This document shows, in pieces, positions 47,507-59,300 of a stretch of DNA of 64,000 nucleotides (position 1 is its first letter; every line of letters begins with the position of its first letter). The notes under the pieces are model-generated. The model made no database searches, was not told the DNA's origin, and worked only from the letters and a program-made list of their open reading frames with translations. The position numbers and the translations under genes are program-made. Source of the DNA: Phaeosaccion multiseriatum (lineage: Eukaryota > Protista > Ochrophyta, other classes); NCBI GenBank assembly GCA_965112735.1, contig OZ218959.1, positions 1,302,001 through 1,366,000 of the forward strand, in the 5' to 3' direction.

Positions 47507-49960
47507 TCATGTGCCCTTATTTCGCTTGGGTACAGTAAGCTCAGCCCCCTGCAGCACGAGGGCTCTGAAGGCGGCCACAGTCATCTTCATACCGGCCCCG
47601 CCCTCCTCCCCCACCTCTCTCGCCAAGGGGTCCAGGCCCTTCCCCTGTTGGTTCTCCACAGCCCACTGGAAAGGCTCATACGCCTCCATCTTGGTCTCTT
47701 CCCCCCTTCCCTCCTTCTCCTCTTCCTCCTCCTTCTCCGTCTCCATCTTCTCCTTCCTCGTCACCATCGCAACCACCTTCCCCATCTGGCAGCGAGCTTC
47801 GGGCGCCGCCGGCACTCCAACGCCGTTCCTCACCGCTACAAAGGCGAAGTGGATGGCCCGAGCCATCGAGTCCGCACCGGGCTGGCCCTGTGCGGCGAGA
47901 ATGTGGGTGCATGCGGACCCAAACGCGGGCACCAGTTGTGCGCTGGGAGCATCTCCCAACCACAGGAATACCTTGCTGTCATCAATACCGCCAATACCGC
48001 CAATACCGCATCCATTACCATCCTTGTTGAGCTGGGGCATCAACAGCACGTCCGCCGTGTCAGCCTTGTTTATCCTCTCTATCAAGTCCAGCAGCGCACG
48101 ACGGTCATTGGCAACGGAGCCCGTAACACCCAAGATTATGCACTACGCACGCACGCACGCACACACACAAGCACACACACACACACGCACACGCACGGGA
48201 AGCCACAAAGTGCGACCGTACGGAAGGAGAGACAGATGAGAGACATGGACGATGAGGCGGAGCAAGAGCAAAGCCAAGCAAGAGCAAGAGCAAGAGGCAG
48301 GTACGAAACAAGGCAGCAGGGGGGAGTAGAAGAGGAGGAGGAGGAGGAGGAGGAGGAGGAGGAGGAGGAGGAGGAGGAGGAGGAGGAGACACCATGGGCA
48401 CGAAAAGGTGTACATGCGCACTAACGCACCCACCCACCCATACACACACACACACCTCGTCACTTAGCGAGTCTGCGCTGACGCTCTCGATCGGTTCGCC
48501 TCCTTCCTTCTTCAAGTCAGTCAGGCTCACCACCTGCATGCCCAAGGGACCTGCGCCAGTGCCAATGGTCAGGGTCAGGGTGAAGGTTTAGATTGAGGGT
48601 GAAAGTAGAAGCAGGGTCAGATGGAGGTTTAGAGTCAGGGTCAGGGTCAGAGTCAGAGTCTGCGTTACAGAAAAAGGGGGGGAGGGACCCGCATAAGCGT
48701 GAGGCATAGAAGAAGGAGGAGCTCAAGGGGGGGGGGGCGGGGAGGTGGGGTGGGCAAAAAGAGAAAGATTCAAGGAGGTGAGGTGAGGTTAGTGAGAGGA
48801 AGCCAATAACACACAATGACTGAAACTTAAACTGAGACTAGGGAACGTGAATCACCTGCCCGCCTCCGGAAGTCAATGTCTGAGTCCCACACCTAAGCAA
48901 TGGTGAGGAGCGCACGCGTACGCACGCAGCATGCAAACGCAAACATACAGCAGCAGAGGCGATGAACGAGACGAGAGGAGAGGAGACACGCACAGAGACG
49001 GAGGCGATGAGTACGAGAAGAGGAGAGGAGAGTATTACATAGAGAGTGTGGTGGGGAGGGCGGGAGGGGGGCAAAAGACCGTGACCGACCGAATACACAA
49101 CCAACAGACTTTACCTTGAGGCGCTTCAAGTAAGCCGTGAGCAGAGGAAGTTTGTCGTACTCGAAGCCGTGTGCGAGCTTGTCTCCAATGCCGCTAAATA
49201 TGGATGGAGGCTTCACGGGTCGCTTGGGAGGAGCTTCTTGTGGGCCCTGGGGAGACGTGGGCATGTCGCGAAGCACGCCAGCCTCGGGGTTGACCACTTG
49301 CAGAGGATTGAGAGAGCCGATCTCCTCTTTCGTGTCCAATGAGCGGGGAAGCTTCTCCTCCGTCTCCACGTCGAGAGGCGCTCTTCCTCCTCCCCCCCCT
49401 CCTCCCCCCTCCTCGCTCTTCTTGTTTCCCTCCCCACCCTCCTGCTCCTCCTCCTCCTGCTCCTCCTCCTTTTCCCCGCTGCTCACCACATCTACCGTGA
49501 CAGGGGTGGCAGCAGCAGCAGCCGCCCCTCCTCCCAACCCAGTCTCGCCCACTGCGTCGACTGAGGAGTCGGCTTCCGTGACATGTTCAGTAGTAGGAGC
49601 AACATCATCATCGGCAGCAAAATCAACATCCGGTATGTCCTTGAGGCTGATTGAATCATCGACGTGAGCAGCCCGACGGGCCGTGGCCGCTCCTGGAGCC
49701 ACTTCCTCTTGAACAACACCCTCCTTCGAGAGACTCGCTGCGAAATCTTCGCCCGCTCTCAGAATATCGGGGATTGGAGTGCTGAGGTTGGTTCCATCGT
49801 CGTAGTACGGCACCATCGTCCCCTCCTTCTTGTCGGATATGATCGGAGCAGCGAGAGCGGCAGGCGGAGGCCCGTCATTGCCTTCTCCTTTTCTTATCTC
49901 TCCATTCTTGACCTCTCCTCCTCCAGCAGCAGCCGCTTCCTTGGAGCCATTGCAGCCCAT
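47507..49960 (-). CDS. Hypothetical protein with N-terminal MGCNGS dual-acylation motif, 4 exons: 49960-49115, 48892-48856, 48550-48456, 48142-47507
   Basis: All introns are GT-AG and the phases close (0,1,0). Acidic disordered N-terminal half, globular-looking C-terminal half. No family recognised. Confidence 0.65.
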
Positions 49961-52838
49961 GGAACAAAGCCACAATGTATTTGTATTTGTATTGTTTGTT
50001 TTTGTTTGTGTTTGGTTTTGTGTTTTGGCGGCAGGAAACGCCATTTTATTTAGTAAGTCAATAAATCTCTTCTCCCCTTGTATGTCAATTAACCCCGATA
50101 AATGTCAGTAGGACCGAAATTTTTTTGTCATTTTTTTGAATCGGCTGGGGCACCTGAAGGAGGAGATGAATACTAGATATACGGACTATCCCAGAAGAAG
50201 CGCTTGCGGAAGCTTGAGAAAAACACAGTGAACTCGGGATTGGGCAGCTGAGAGCGTGCTCGCAGCAGCTTTGTGGCAAGAACTAGCGGGTGAGCGGCAA
50301 AGGTGCGTTTTTCTCCAACCTTGGTTGAGAGAGAGAGAGAGGACGGAGGGGGGTATACCCATAGAGATAAGCCGTGGGCAAGATAGGATCTCTTCTCCAG
50401 GAGTATGCGAAACTTTTCATATGCGTCGTATGCTCTTCCGCCTCCAGCTCGTCGGCACTTTTGCCCCTGAAGTTAGGGTACTCCACCCTCACAGTTGGAT
50501 GTCTCTGAGACGTGGACGCTGCTCTATTCTACCGATTTTCAGGGCCCATCAGGGCGTCATCTCGTGCGAAGGACACGTCTGATGACCCCCGTACCGCCGC
50601 TGTCCATGGGCGGAGGGCAAGAGGTCTATCGCAGGTCGTCACCCGAGGTGGCCGAAAAGGTGAGGGCGCACGAGAGGGGGAGAGGGCGTGAGATGGAAGG
50701 CTTCGCCTGGCAGTTACGAGCGGGGCAAGAGGGATCAACATCACTCATATATAGCCTGGCTTGTGACCAAGTTTTAGCTTCAAAGGTTATAATCCCATGT
50801 GCACAATCGCATACGTGTACTCCCCTCTCTTTTGCCTTTGAAGGGCCCTTTTTGTGAGGTCATGAGCGGCCGATCCCACACCCCGTCAGAGCATCGTTCT
50901 TGCTTAAGGGGCGCTATACTAACTCCCCTGCCCCCTGTTATTGCGGGACGTGGGTGGTGGGGCTATCGAGGGGACTTCGACATCTTCCCCCGATGTCACT
51001 GCATAGGTGGGGAAGTATGAGGCTGGAGAGAAAAGGGAATGGAACCTTCCCGGCGGAGTCAAGGGCGACACAAGGTGTGTTGTGGCATCTAGTGTGTGAG
51101 CTGTCAGATGTCGAACTTTCAGCTTCAGCGAGCTTAACAAGACATGGGAAATCACCACTATGTTTACCTCCCTTATTTTGGCCCCTGTGGTTAGGTCATC
51201 ACGAGGGGTATTACCGGGGCAGGAGAACGACTGCGGCAACCATCTTGCCTCACTACAGGGAGCTAGAGGGGAAGGAGTAAGGATTTCACGAGCAGCAGTG
51301 GCAAGACGAGCGGGGGGATGAGAAACAGGCGTCCAGATAGGAGTCAAGCTTATCCGCCTCGTCGTCCACCCAGGAGACGCCGTTGCTACAAAATCATCTG
51401 CAGCTCCTCTTGGCTACTGCGGATGAGCGTGCTCGTACTCTAGCCTCCCAGCCACGAGTGAGAGAAGCTCAATCAAGCAGCAGCTGGGTGCGCCATCGGC
51501 AGCCGAGGCGGCCGTGGGAGCTGAGCCGGAGAAGGGGGGGGGAGGTAGCGTGCTGTTGCTGTGGGTGGTGGTGCTCGTCGTGGCACATGGTCGAGAAGCG
51601 ATTGTGACTCAGGGGCGACAGGGCGATGAGCCGCAAGGCCATACTCAAGTCGCTGACCGCTCTGTATGCAGAGAAAGTGGGGTGGAGGCCGTGGCAGGGG
51701 GGTTAGGAGCTGCCAGAGGAGGGCTTGGCGGGCTACAGAGACGGATTTCGCAGGTAAGACGGAGCCTCGTGCAGCATCTATAGTAGTAGTAGCCGTAGCA
51801 GCACCGATAAGGGGAGGAGGGGCAGTGTGTGTACAGTTGGAGCTGCCCATCCGTGAAATTGGGTTAAAATGACGAATATACACATAGATAGCGTTGTAAA
51901 TCGCATCCTCGCCAAGGAGAGCATGTAAAGAGTACCAAATCGGCGCATGGTCATGAGGTATAGCCTCGCGTTGTATCTGGCCCATATCTATCGTCATACC
52001 CTCTCTTCCCCCTCGATCGAGGGTGAGGATGACGACGAAAAGGGGCCCTTCACACTTGTAAATTCTCTCCCTCACTCTATAGCTCCTGAAAGGACACTTC
52101 GAGTTGCCCAGCACTCAGCAGACTATGTATCCCTCAAGTCTTCTCAAGGGTTTCATATATCGTGGTCTGCTGGTCGCACACGCTCCTCCCTCTCCTCACC
52201 ATTTTTGAGGTGAAAACTGCTGCCATAAGTGTTTCCATCTCGCCTCACCCCTTCTGCTCCACAGCACCTGCAATCGCACTCTTAGCTGCTCAACGTCGAC
52301 TTCCATATGTGGGTCGCAGTCTGCTCAAAGCCATTCCTCCCTCATGGGCTCTTGCTCGCACACGCTCTTCCCCCACTCCCCCCTTGTTTGAGGCCCAAAT
52401 TCCCGCCAAAGCAACGGACATTTCAGCTCCACATGTTAGCCCACTATCTCCTAAGACCGCGCTCCCAGCTTCACATCGGCTATTTGACTACATAATCCGT
52501 ATTCATCCCGAAGATTATCACCTCTTGTGTGAGCTACGCCTCTCTCTTTCTCCCTTGTTCAGGGGCAAAGATCTCGTCAACATAGCAGCACATTTCACCT
52601 CCTAAATCGCTCTATACAGAGGCAACAATCAGACTTAAAGCTGCTCAACATCTAGAATACTGTCTTTGCCTCAGATCTCCCGAAGCGCTTCGCCTGTGGT
52701 GCTCTGTAGCGTGCGTAATACCTCTTTTCCTGAGCCCACTCAAAATGTTGAGTCTACTGATTTTCTACTGACATTTATCGGGGTTAATTGACATACAAGG
52801 GGGCCCGCCTTCCTCTCTTCCCCTCTTGCTCCTGCTCG

Positions 52839-55226
52839 ATGCTCTCCTTTCGTCGGCTCTTCTGCCCTGATACTCTAGCTCCATCACTGTTCATCGTCAT
52901 GGCATGGCTGGGAAAAGCAGGCCCCTGCGGCGGCTTTGTCTCGACCCTTGGCAAGGGCCATCTTGGGTTTGTGGGCGCGTCACGCCTTCCCTCGGCGTTG
53001 GCTTCTTCTGCACCACCCTCGCATGGAGGAGGAGGAGGAGGAGGAGGCGGAGCGGGTGGAAGCTCTTTCTCTTCTTGCTGCAGATTAGCAGCAGCAGGGA
53101 GCGAGAGGAGTACCAAAGCTCTAGATGGAAGACAGTATAGGAGGAGGAGGAGAAGCTCAAGTCGGAGATATAGCAGCACCAGCAGCTCCAGGAGTACCAC
53201 CATTGGCACCAGAACCATCTCCACTAGCAGTGAAGCTACTACACACGTTGAGCTTGGCTTCGTCGACCTGAACCCGGACCAGCCTTTCGGAGGGTCGCAT
53301 CCGGCGCCAGTTGCCATCATGCATGGCTTGCTCGGGAACAGTAAGAACTTCCAGACCGTCGCGAAACAGCTGCTGGACTCCTTAGAGACGAAGAGAAGGG
53401 TGAGCAAGCATAAGGACCTCTCTCGACAACTCTAAGGGTAGACACAGATAAGGCATCCTCCCCCTTATTTTTTCCCCTCTCATTCTCCCTTCCCCCCTTC
53501 TTTTGTCCCCTGTCCGTTCTTTCCATCCACTACTGCCCCCACACACATAAATACTCTGCTCCTCTATCATCCGCAACCCCCCTTCCTCCTTGTTGTCCTC
53601 TGCCCTCTCCACACACTGCCATCCCCTGCGCTGTTCAACCCCTTCTCCTTCTTCATACAACACGAACAAAATAGATCTTCTTGGTGGACATGCGCAACCA
53701 CGGAACCAGCGGCCACCACCCTTCCATGACCTACCCACACATGGCAGCTGACGTACAGGCCTTCTTGGAGCAGAGGGGCGCGTCGGAAGCGGTGCTGGTG
53801 GGCCACAGTATGGGGGGCAAGATCGCAGCCATGACGGCCCTCATGCACCCGCAGCTCGTCAAGGGCCTCGTCGTCATGGACATCGCGCCGGTGTCGTACA
53901 GGTGGGTGGGTGGGTGGGTGGGTGAGGTGGGTACAAGGGCGAGGTGGGTAGGTGGGAGGTGGGGGCAAAGGGGAGGTGGGTAGGTGGGTGAGGGAGGGAG
54001 GTGGGTGACGCAGGTACATAAAATGGGTGACGAACGTAAGTGGGTGAGGTAGGGAGGTGTGTATGGTGGAGGTAGGTAAGGAGGTAGGTAGGCAGGTAGG
54101 TAGGTAGGTAGGTAGGTAGGTAGGTAGGTGGGTAGGTAAGGTGGAGGGAGGTGGGTGGGTGGGTGAGGTGGATAGGTATGGTGGGGCTCATGACTCATGT
54201 CCTGACACTGACTGCTCTTGCTGCACTGTTCCTGATGACCCCATCCCCTGTCCCTCTGGCTTGGCTTGGCTTGGCTCGGCTTGGCTTGTGAGCAGTGTCG
54301 TGGACAACACCAACTGGGGAGAGACGCGGAACATTCTCAAGTGTCTCTCTGCCCTAGACCTGAGCAAAGGTGAGGAGTGCTCAAGTGCTTCATTCAGTGC
54401 TTCCGTGCGAAGTACTTACTAATTGAAGTGCTCAGTTCTTCAGTGACCAGTGCTGTTAGACAAGGTGGATTGTTGCAATGCCCCGCACTCCACGCCAGGG
54501 CGCCCACTCACGCACTCACACGAGTCATCCATCTGTCCATCCATCCATCCATCCATCCATCCTCCCGCCTCTCTCTCTCTCTCTCTTGCTCTTCGCCCTC
54601 TCCATCCCATCTCTCTCTTTTCTCTCGCTCACCAACTGGATGACCTACCCATCCCCCCCCCCCCCCCCCCCCCAGTGAGCTCTCGGAGAGAAGCGGACGA
54701 GGTGCTTGCCAAGGACATTGTTGACCCCATGCTCAGAGCCTTTGCCCTCACCAACCTGGAGAGCAGCAATAACAACAACAACAAGAAGAAGGGCGGGGGG
54801 GGGCAGCAGGGGGGCGGTACCGACGGCGGTGAGCTACCGGTGATGCAGTGGCGCATCCCCGTACGAGACATTTTTAACAATATCAACACCCTGGCGCAGT
54901 TCCAAGGACCCTTCCTGTCGGGCCCATCAGCGTCGGCATCAGGTGCGGGAGCAGGAGTGCCACAGAAGGCTGGGGGAGGGGGGTTGTTTCCGAGTCGAGG
55001 GGCAGGGGAGGGACTTGAAGGGCTGCGATACGAGGGCGACACCCTGTTCGTGGCAGGAGGAGAGAGTCGGTACGTGCGATCCCAGCATCTGCAAGAGGTG
55101 AAGGGACTCTTTCCTCGCTACGCCCTGCAGACAGTGCGGGGGGCAGGCCACTGGCTGCATGCCGACAAGCCCAAGGAGACCATGGCGGTGCTTAGGGCCT
55201 TTCTGGATAGGGAGGAGGTGTTCTGA
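52839..55226 (+). CDS. ABHD11: Alpha/beta hydrolase of the ABHD11/YbfF family, 4 exons: 52839-53399, 53675-53901, 54296-54369, 54676-55226
   Basis: Motifs IMHGLLGNSKNF, VDMRNHGTS, VGHSMGGK (nucleophile elbow), VVMDIAP, GAGHWLHADKP. Ser/Arg-rich presequence. Start at 52839 or 52899. Confidence 0.9.
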
Positions 55227-55650
55227 GTGAGGACCTTGATAACAAACCTATTAATTAAATTCATTTTTAAAAAAAAATTATTTATTCATTCTTTCATGCC
55301 TTTTTCGATCGTATTTCCATCCTTCTTCTTCATACAGCCATTTATATTCTTTTTTTTCTTTTTCATTATTTACTTGGAAGTACCCTTGCAAACTCAGAGA
55401 GGGAGGGAGGGAGGGAGGGGAAAAAGAAAAATCGCGATGCCACCGCCAGCTGTGATTTGGCGCATCACCAACCTCCCCATTTCAACTGTTGGTTTTCCGA
55501 TTTTCCCGATCGTTGTCATAGATTTATCCATAGCTTGCTCGCTGAGGCCCTGTTTGAAGTAAAAGGGACAGAGTCATGACTTGGAAAGCGGGTCTTGGAA
55601 GGCGATGGGGGGAGAGCGGATGGCAGAGTTAACTGGCCTTGAGAACGAGC

Positions 55651-55698
<48 letters not shown>

Positions 55699-55826
55699 GA
55701 GAGCAAGCGACAGAATCAGATAGAGGGGGGAAGAGAGAAAGACGGAGAGAGGGAGAGAGAGAGGTAGGGAGGGAAAGCGGGAGAAAGAGGAGAGACAAGA
55801 GAAGAGGAGAGACAGGATAGAGGAGA

Positions 55827-56272
55827 ATGGGGCTCCCAGCTCTGTCATCCGAAGATCGCCAGCTTGCTGGAGGGCGACGCGAAGCGAAACTGAATAGGCA
55901 CGAACAGCGGCAGCAGGAAGTAGTGCAGGCAGCGCTGGATGAAGCCGCCGATGCTGATGAAGAGGCAGAGAGGGCGAAACGAGCAAGCAATAACCCAAGG
56001 GGCATGCCCAAGCCAGACCTTGTCAAGAAGGCAAAGCTCGGCGAGCTGAGGCGGGTAAGATGGCTCTCTTTGAAGCATACTTTGCCTGGGCCTGTCCTCC
56101 ACCCCCAATCCTCTTTGGGGGGCTAGCTTTCCCCTTCTTCCAACGTCCTCCCTCTGTGGGTTTCCCTCGGTACCGTGCTCTGTGTCTGTCCTTCTCTTCC
56201 TTCCCTGAGGTACGACTCTGCTCTCACCCACCCACCTAACCACCGGCGCCCACACACACACATATGCATGAA

Positions 56273-56334
<62 letters not shown>

Positions 56335-59300
56335 GCATGAACAACACACGCACACCTTCAGCGCGGGCAGACTATGAATCTACGAGGGCCCGTGGAGACA
56401 CATGCATTGTACATCCCTCCACCGCTGGTTAAGATCGATTTCAAGGAAATGGTGCACTCACACGACCTCAGCTACGTACAGACACGTCGCAGCGTTGCCA
56501 AGATGGACAGGTGGGAGGGAGGGGAGGAGGAAGGAGGGAGGGTGGAGGGGGGGAGGGAGGGAGGGAGGGAGGGAGGGAGGGAGGGAGGGAGGGAGGGAGG
56601 GAGGGAGGGAGGGAGGGAGGGAGGGAGGGAGGGAGGGAGGGAGGGAGGGAGGGAGGAGTGAGATAGGGAGGGAGGCTGGCAGACAGGGAGGGAGGGAGGG
56701 ACTCTCACTGTTCGTGCTGCTCGAAGTAACTATCGAACCAATTTAACCACAAAAGTCACACACGCATACGCAATGCATTGCAATGCCAGAGCAACTTTTT
56801 TTTCTCTGTTGCCCTTCCTCTTCCGTGCGCTCTCTCTCTTCAACCCCTCCCTCCCTCCCTCCCTCCCTCCCTTCGTCCCTCCCTCCCTCCCTTCCTTCCT
56901 CCCCCCGTCCCTCCACCCTCATGGCACCACAGAGCGAACCATCAGCGCTATGTGCATCAGCGAGAGGTAGCGGTGGAGAGAGAGATGGAGGCGCAGCACA
57001 TCATTGATCGGATGAAGAGGGCCAACACGCTGGGCTCCTTCGTCCTCAAGCACCAGGTACACGGATAGTGGAGGCGTACGGCCAGGCATATGGGCAGGCA
57101 CATGGCCAGGCACATGGCCAGGCACATGGTCAGGCGTGTGAGCAGGCGCATGGGCAGGCGATTGGGCAGGCATATGGGCAGCAGGCGTAAGGGCAGGCAT
57201 ATGGGCAGGCATATAGGCAGGCATATGGCCAGGCATAGGGGCAGGCAGGCAGGTTTTTGGGCAGGCAGGCAGGGTAGGGTAGGGCAGGGTGCGGCGGGGC
57301 TGCATCTCAGAGAAGGGGGGGTATAAAGGTATATAGGTAGGCAGCGCATCAAGTGCCATCCTGTCTGAGCGGCGCAAGCGTGATGACGTGCCCTGCCTTG
57401 CCTTGCCTTGACTTAAACTTGCCGTTTACTCGACTTGCCGTTTACTTTTGTTTCTGTCCCTGAATGGTATGCATGTTGCTGTGAGTGTGGCTCGTATCAC
57501 CACCACTTCTTCCTCTCCACCTCTCACCTCTCGTCCTCTCCCCCCCCCCCTCCCGAAACCAAATAAAACAAAACGAAAAAACAAAACCATAACCTCACCC
57601 CCAGGTGGAGCGGATGAACGAGAGGACGAGACTGAAGGTAGACATCGAGAGATGTGCCCAAGTGGACGAGTACAGAAAGAAGCAGACACAGATTCAGGTG
57701 GGCATGACAGAGGAGGAGGAGGCATTGGCGGCGGCAGAGGCCCTGCAGAGGGAGTCACAGAGGGAGGAGGAGGCCGAGGAGGAGGCATCCAGCACGGAGG
57801 TACTCTTCACACTGAGGAAGCTCTTCACACAGGGAGACTACGATGCTCAGCAGAAGGGTGAGAGAGAGGAGAGGGAAGGGAAGGGAAGGGGAGGGAAGGG
57901 GAGGGGAGGAGAGGAGAGGGGGGGGTGGGGGAGGAGAGGGAATGGGCACGGGGTGGGACCGCATATGAGCATGTACATACGTATGTGTACGTATGGTGGG
58001 TACGGGCGGTGGTGATATGGGTGTGATGGGGCTGACTTGCCTCTGACCTTACTTGCTGCTTGCTTGCTTGCTCCTACCTCCTCCTCTCTCCTCCCTCCTC
58101 CCTCCTCCCTCCTCCCTCCTCCCTCCTCCCTCCTCCCTCCTCCCTCCCTCCCTCCCCTCCCTCCCTCCCTCCCTCCCTCCCTCCCTCCCTCCCTCCCTCC
58201 CTCCCCTCCCTCCCTCCCTCCCCTCCTCCCTCCCTCCTCCCTCCTCCCTCCTCCCTCCTCCCTCCTCCCTCCTTCATGTCCTCCAAACCCAAACCCGAAC
58301 TAATTAACCCCAACACCAACCACTTAACCCCAACACCAACCACTTAACCCCGACCCAACCCCCCCTCAACAGGCTGGGATCAGCTTCCCCAAAAGTCCAT
58401 CAACACGCTGACGCTGCAGCTGGGCACTCTCCGCTCCATCAACATGCCTCGAAACAACCTCGAGCACATCATCTCCCTCAACACGAGCGCACTCTCCTGC
58501 ACGCACTTAAGACATGTCACCGATCTTAACTTCAGGTGTGTGTGTGTGTTGCGTGCGTTTGTGTGTGCGTTTGTGTGTGTGTATGTGTGTGTATGTGTGT
58601 GTGTGCGCGCGTATGTGTGTGTGTGTGCGCGCGCGTTTGTGTGTACGTTTGTGTGTGTGAGAGAGAGGGAGTCCAGATGGAAAGCGGGACGGGAGAGAGA
58701 AAGAGAGGGAGAGAGATGGAGACAGGAAGAGGGACAGAGAAGAAGAGGGAGAGGGAGGGATAGAGAGCGAACGAAAGAAGAGAGGGGAAGCTGTGCTGAG
58801 ACTTGCTTACCTTTGACTGCCGCACCTACACTGACTCCCCTCCACTCCATTTCACGTTACTTCACCCCCCTCCCCTGCACTCCACTCCACTTCACTTCAC
58901 TTCACTTCACTTCACTCCACTCCCTCCACTCCACTCCACTTCACTTCACTCCACTCCACTCCCCTCCACTCCTCTCCACTCCTCTCCACCCCTCTCCACT
59001 CCACTCCACTCCACTCCCCTCCCCTGCACTCCACTCCACTCCACTCCACTCCACTCCACTTCACTTCACTTCACTCCCCTCCCCTCCACTTCACTCCACT
59101 CCACTTCACTCCACTCCCCTCCACTCCTCTCTCTCCACCCCACTCCACTCCACTCCCCTCCCCTCCACTCCACTCCAATCCACTCCACTTCACTTCACTT
59201 CACTCCCCTCCCCCCCACTTCACTCCACTCCACTTCACTCCACTCCACTCCGCTCCACTCCACTCCCCTCAACTCCACTTCACTCCACTCCACTCCACTC

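Noticed and set aside
6708-55226. PPDK, PDH E1-alpha, HMG-CoA lyase and ABHD11 as a pyruvate/acetyl-CoA metabolic gene cluster
   Set aside because: Different compartments, interspersed unrelated genes and no shared motif seen. Would need synteny or co-expression evidence.
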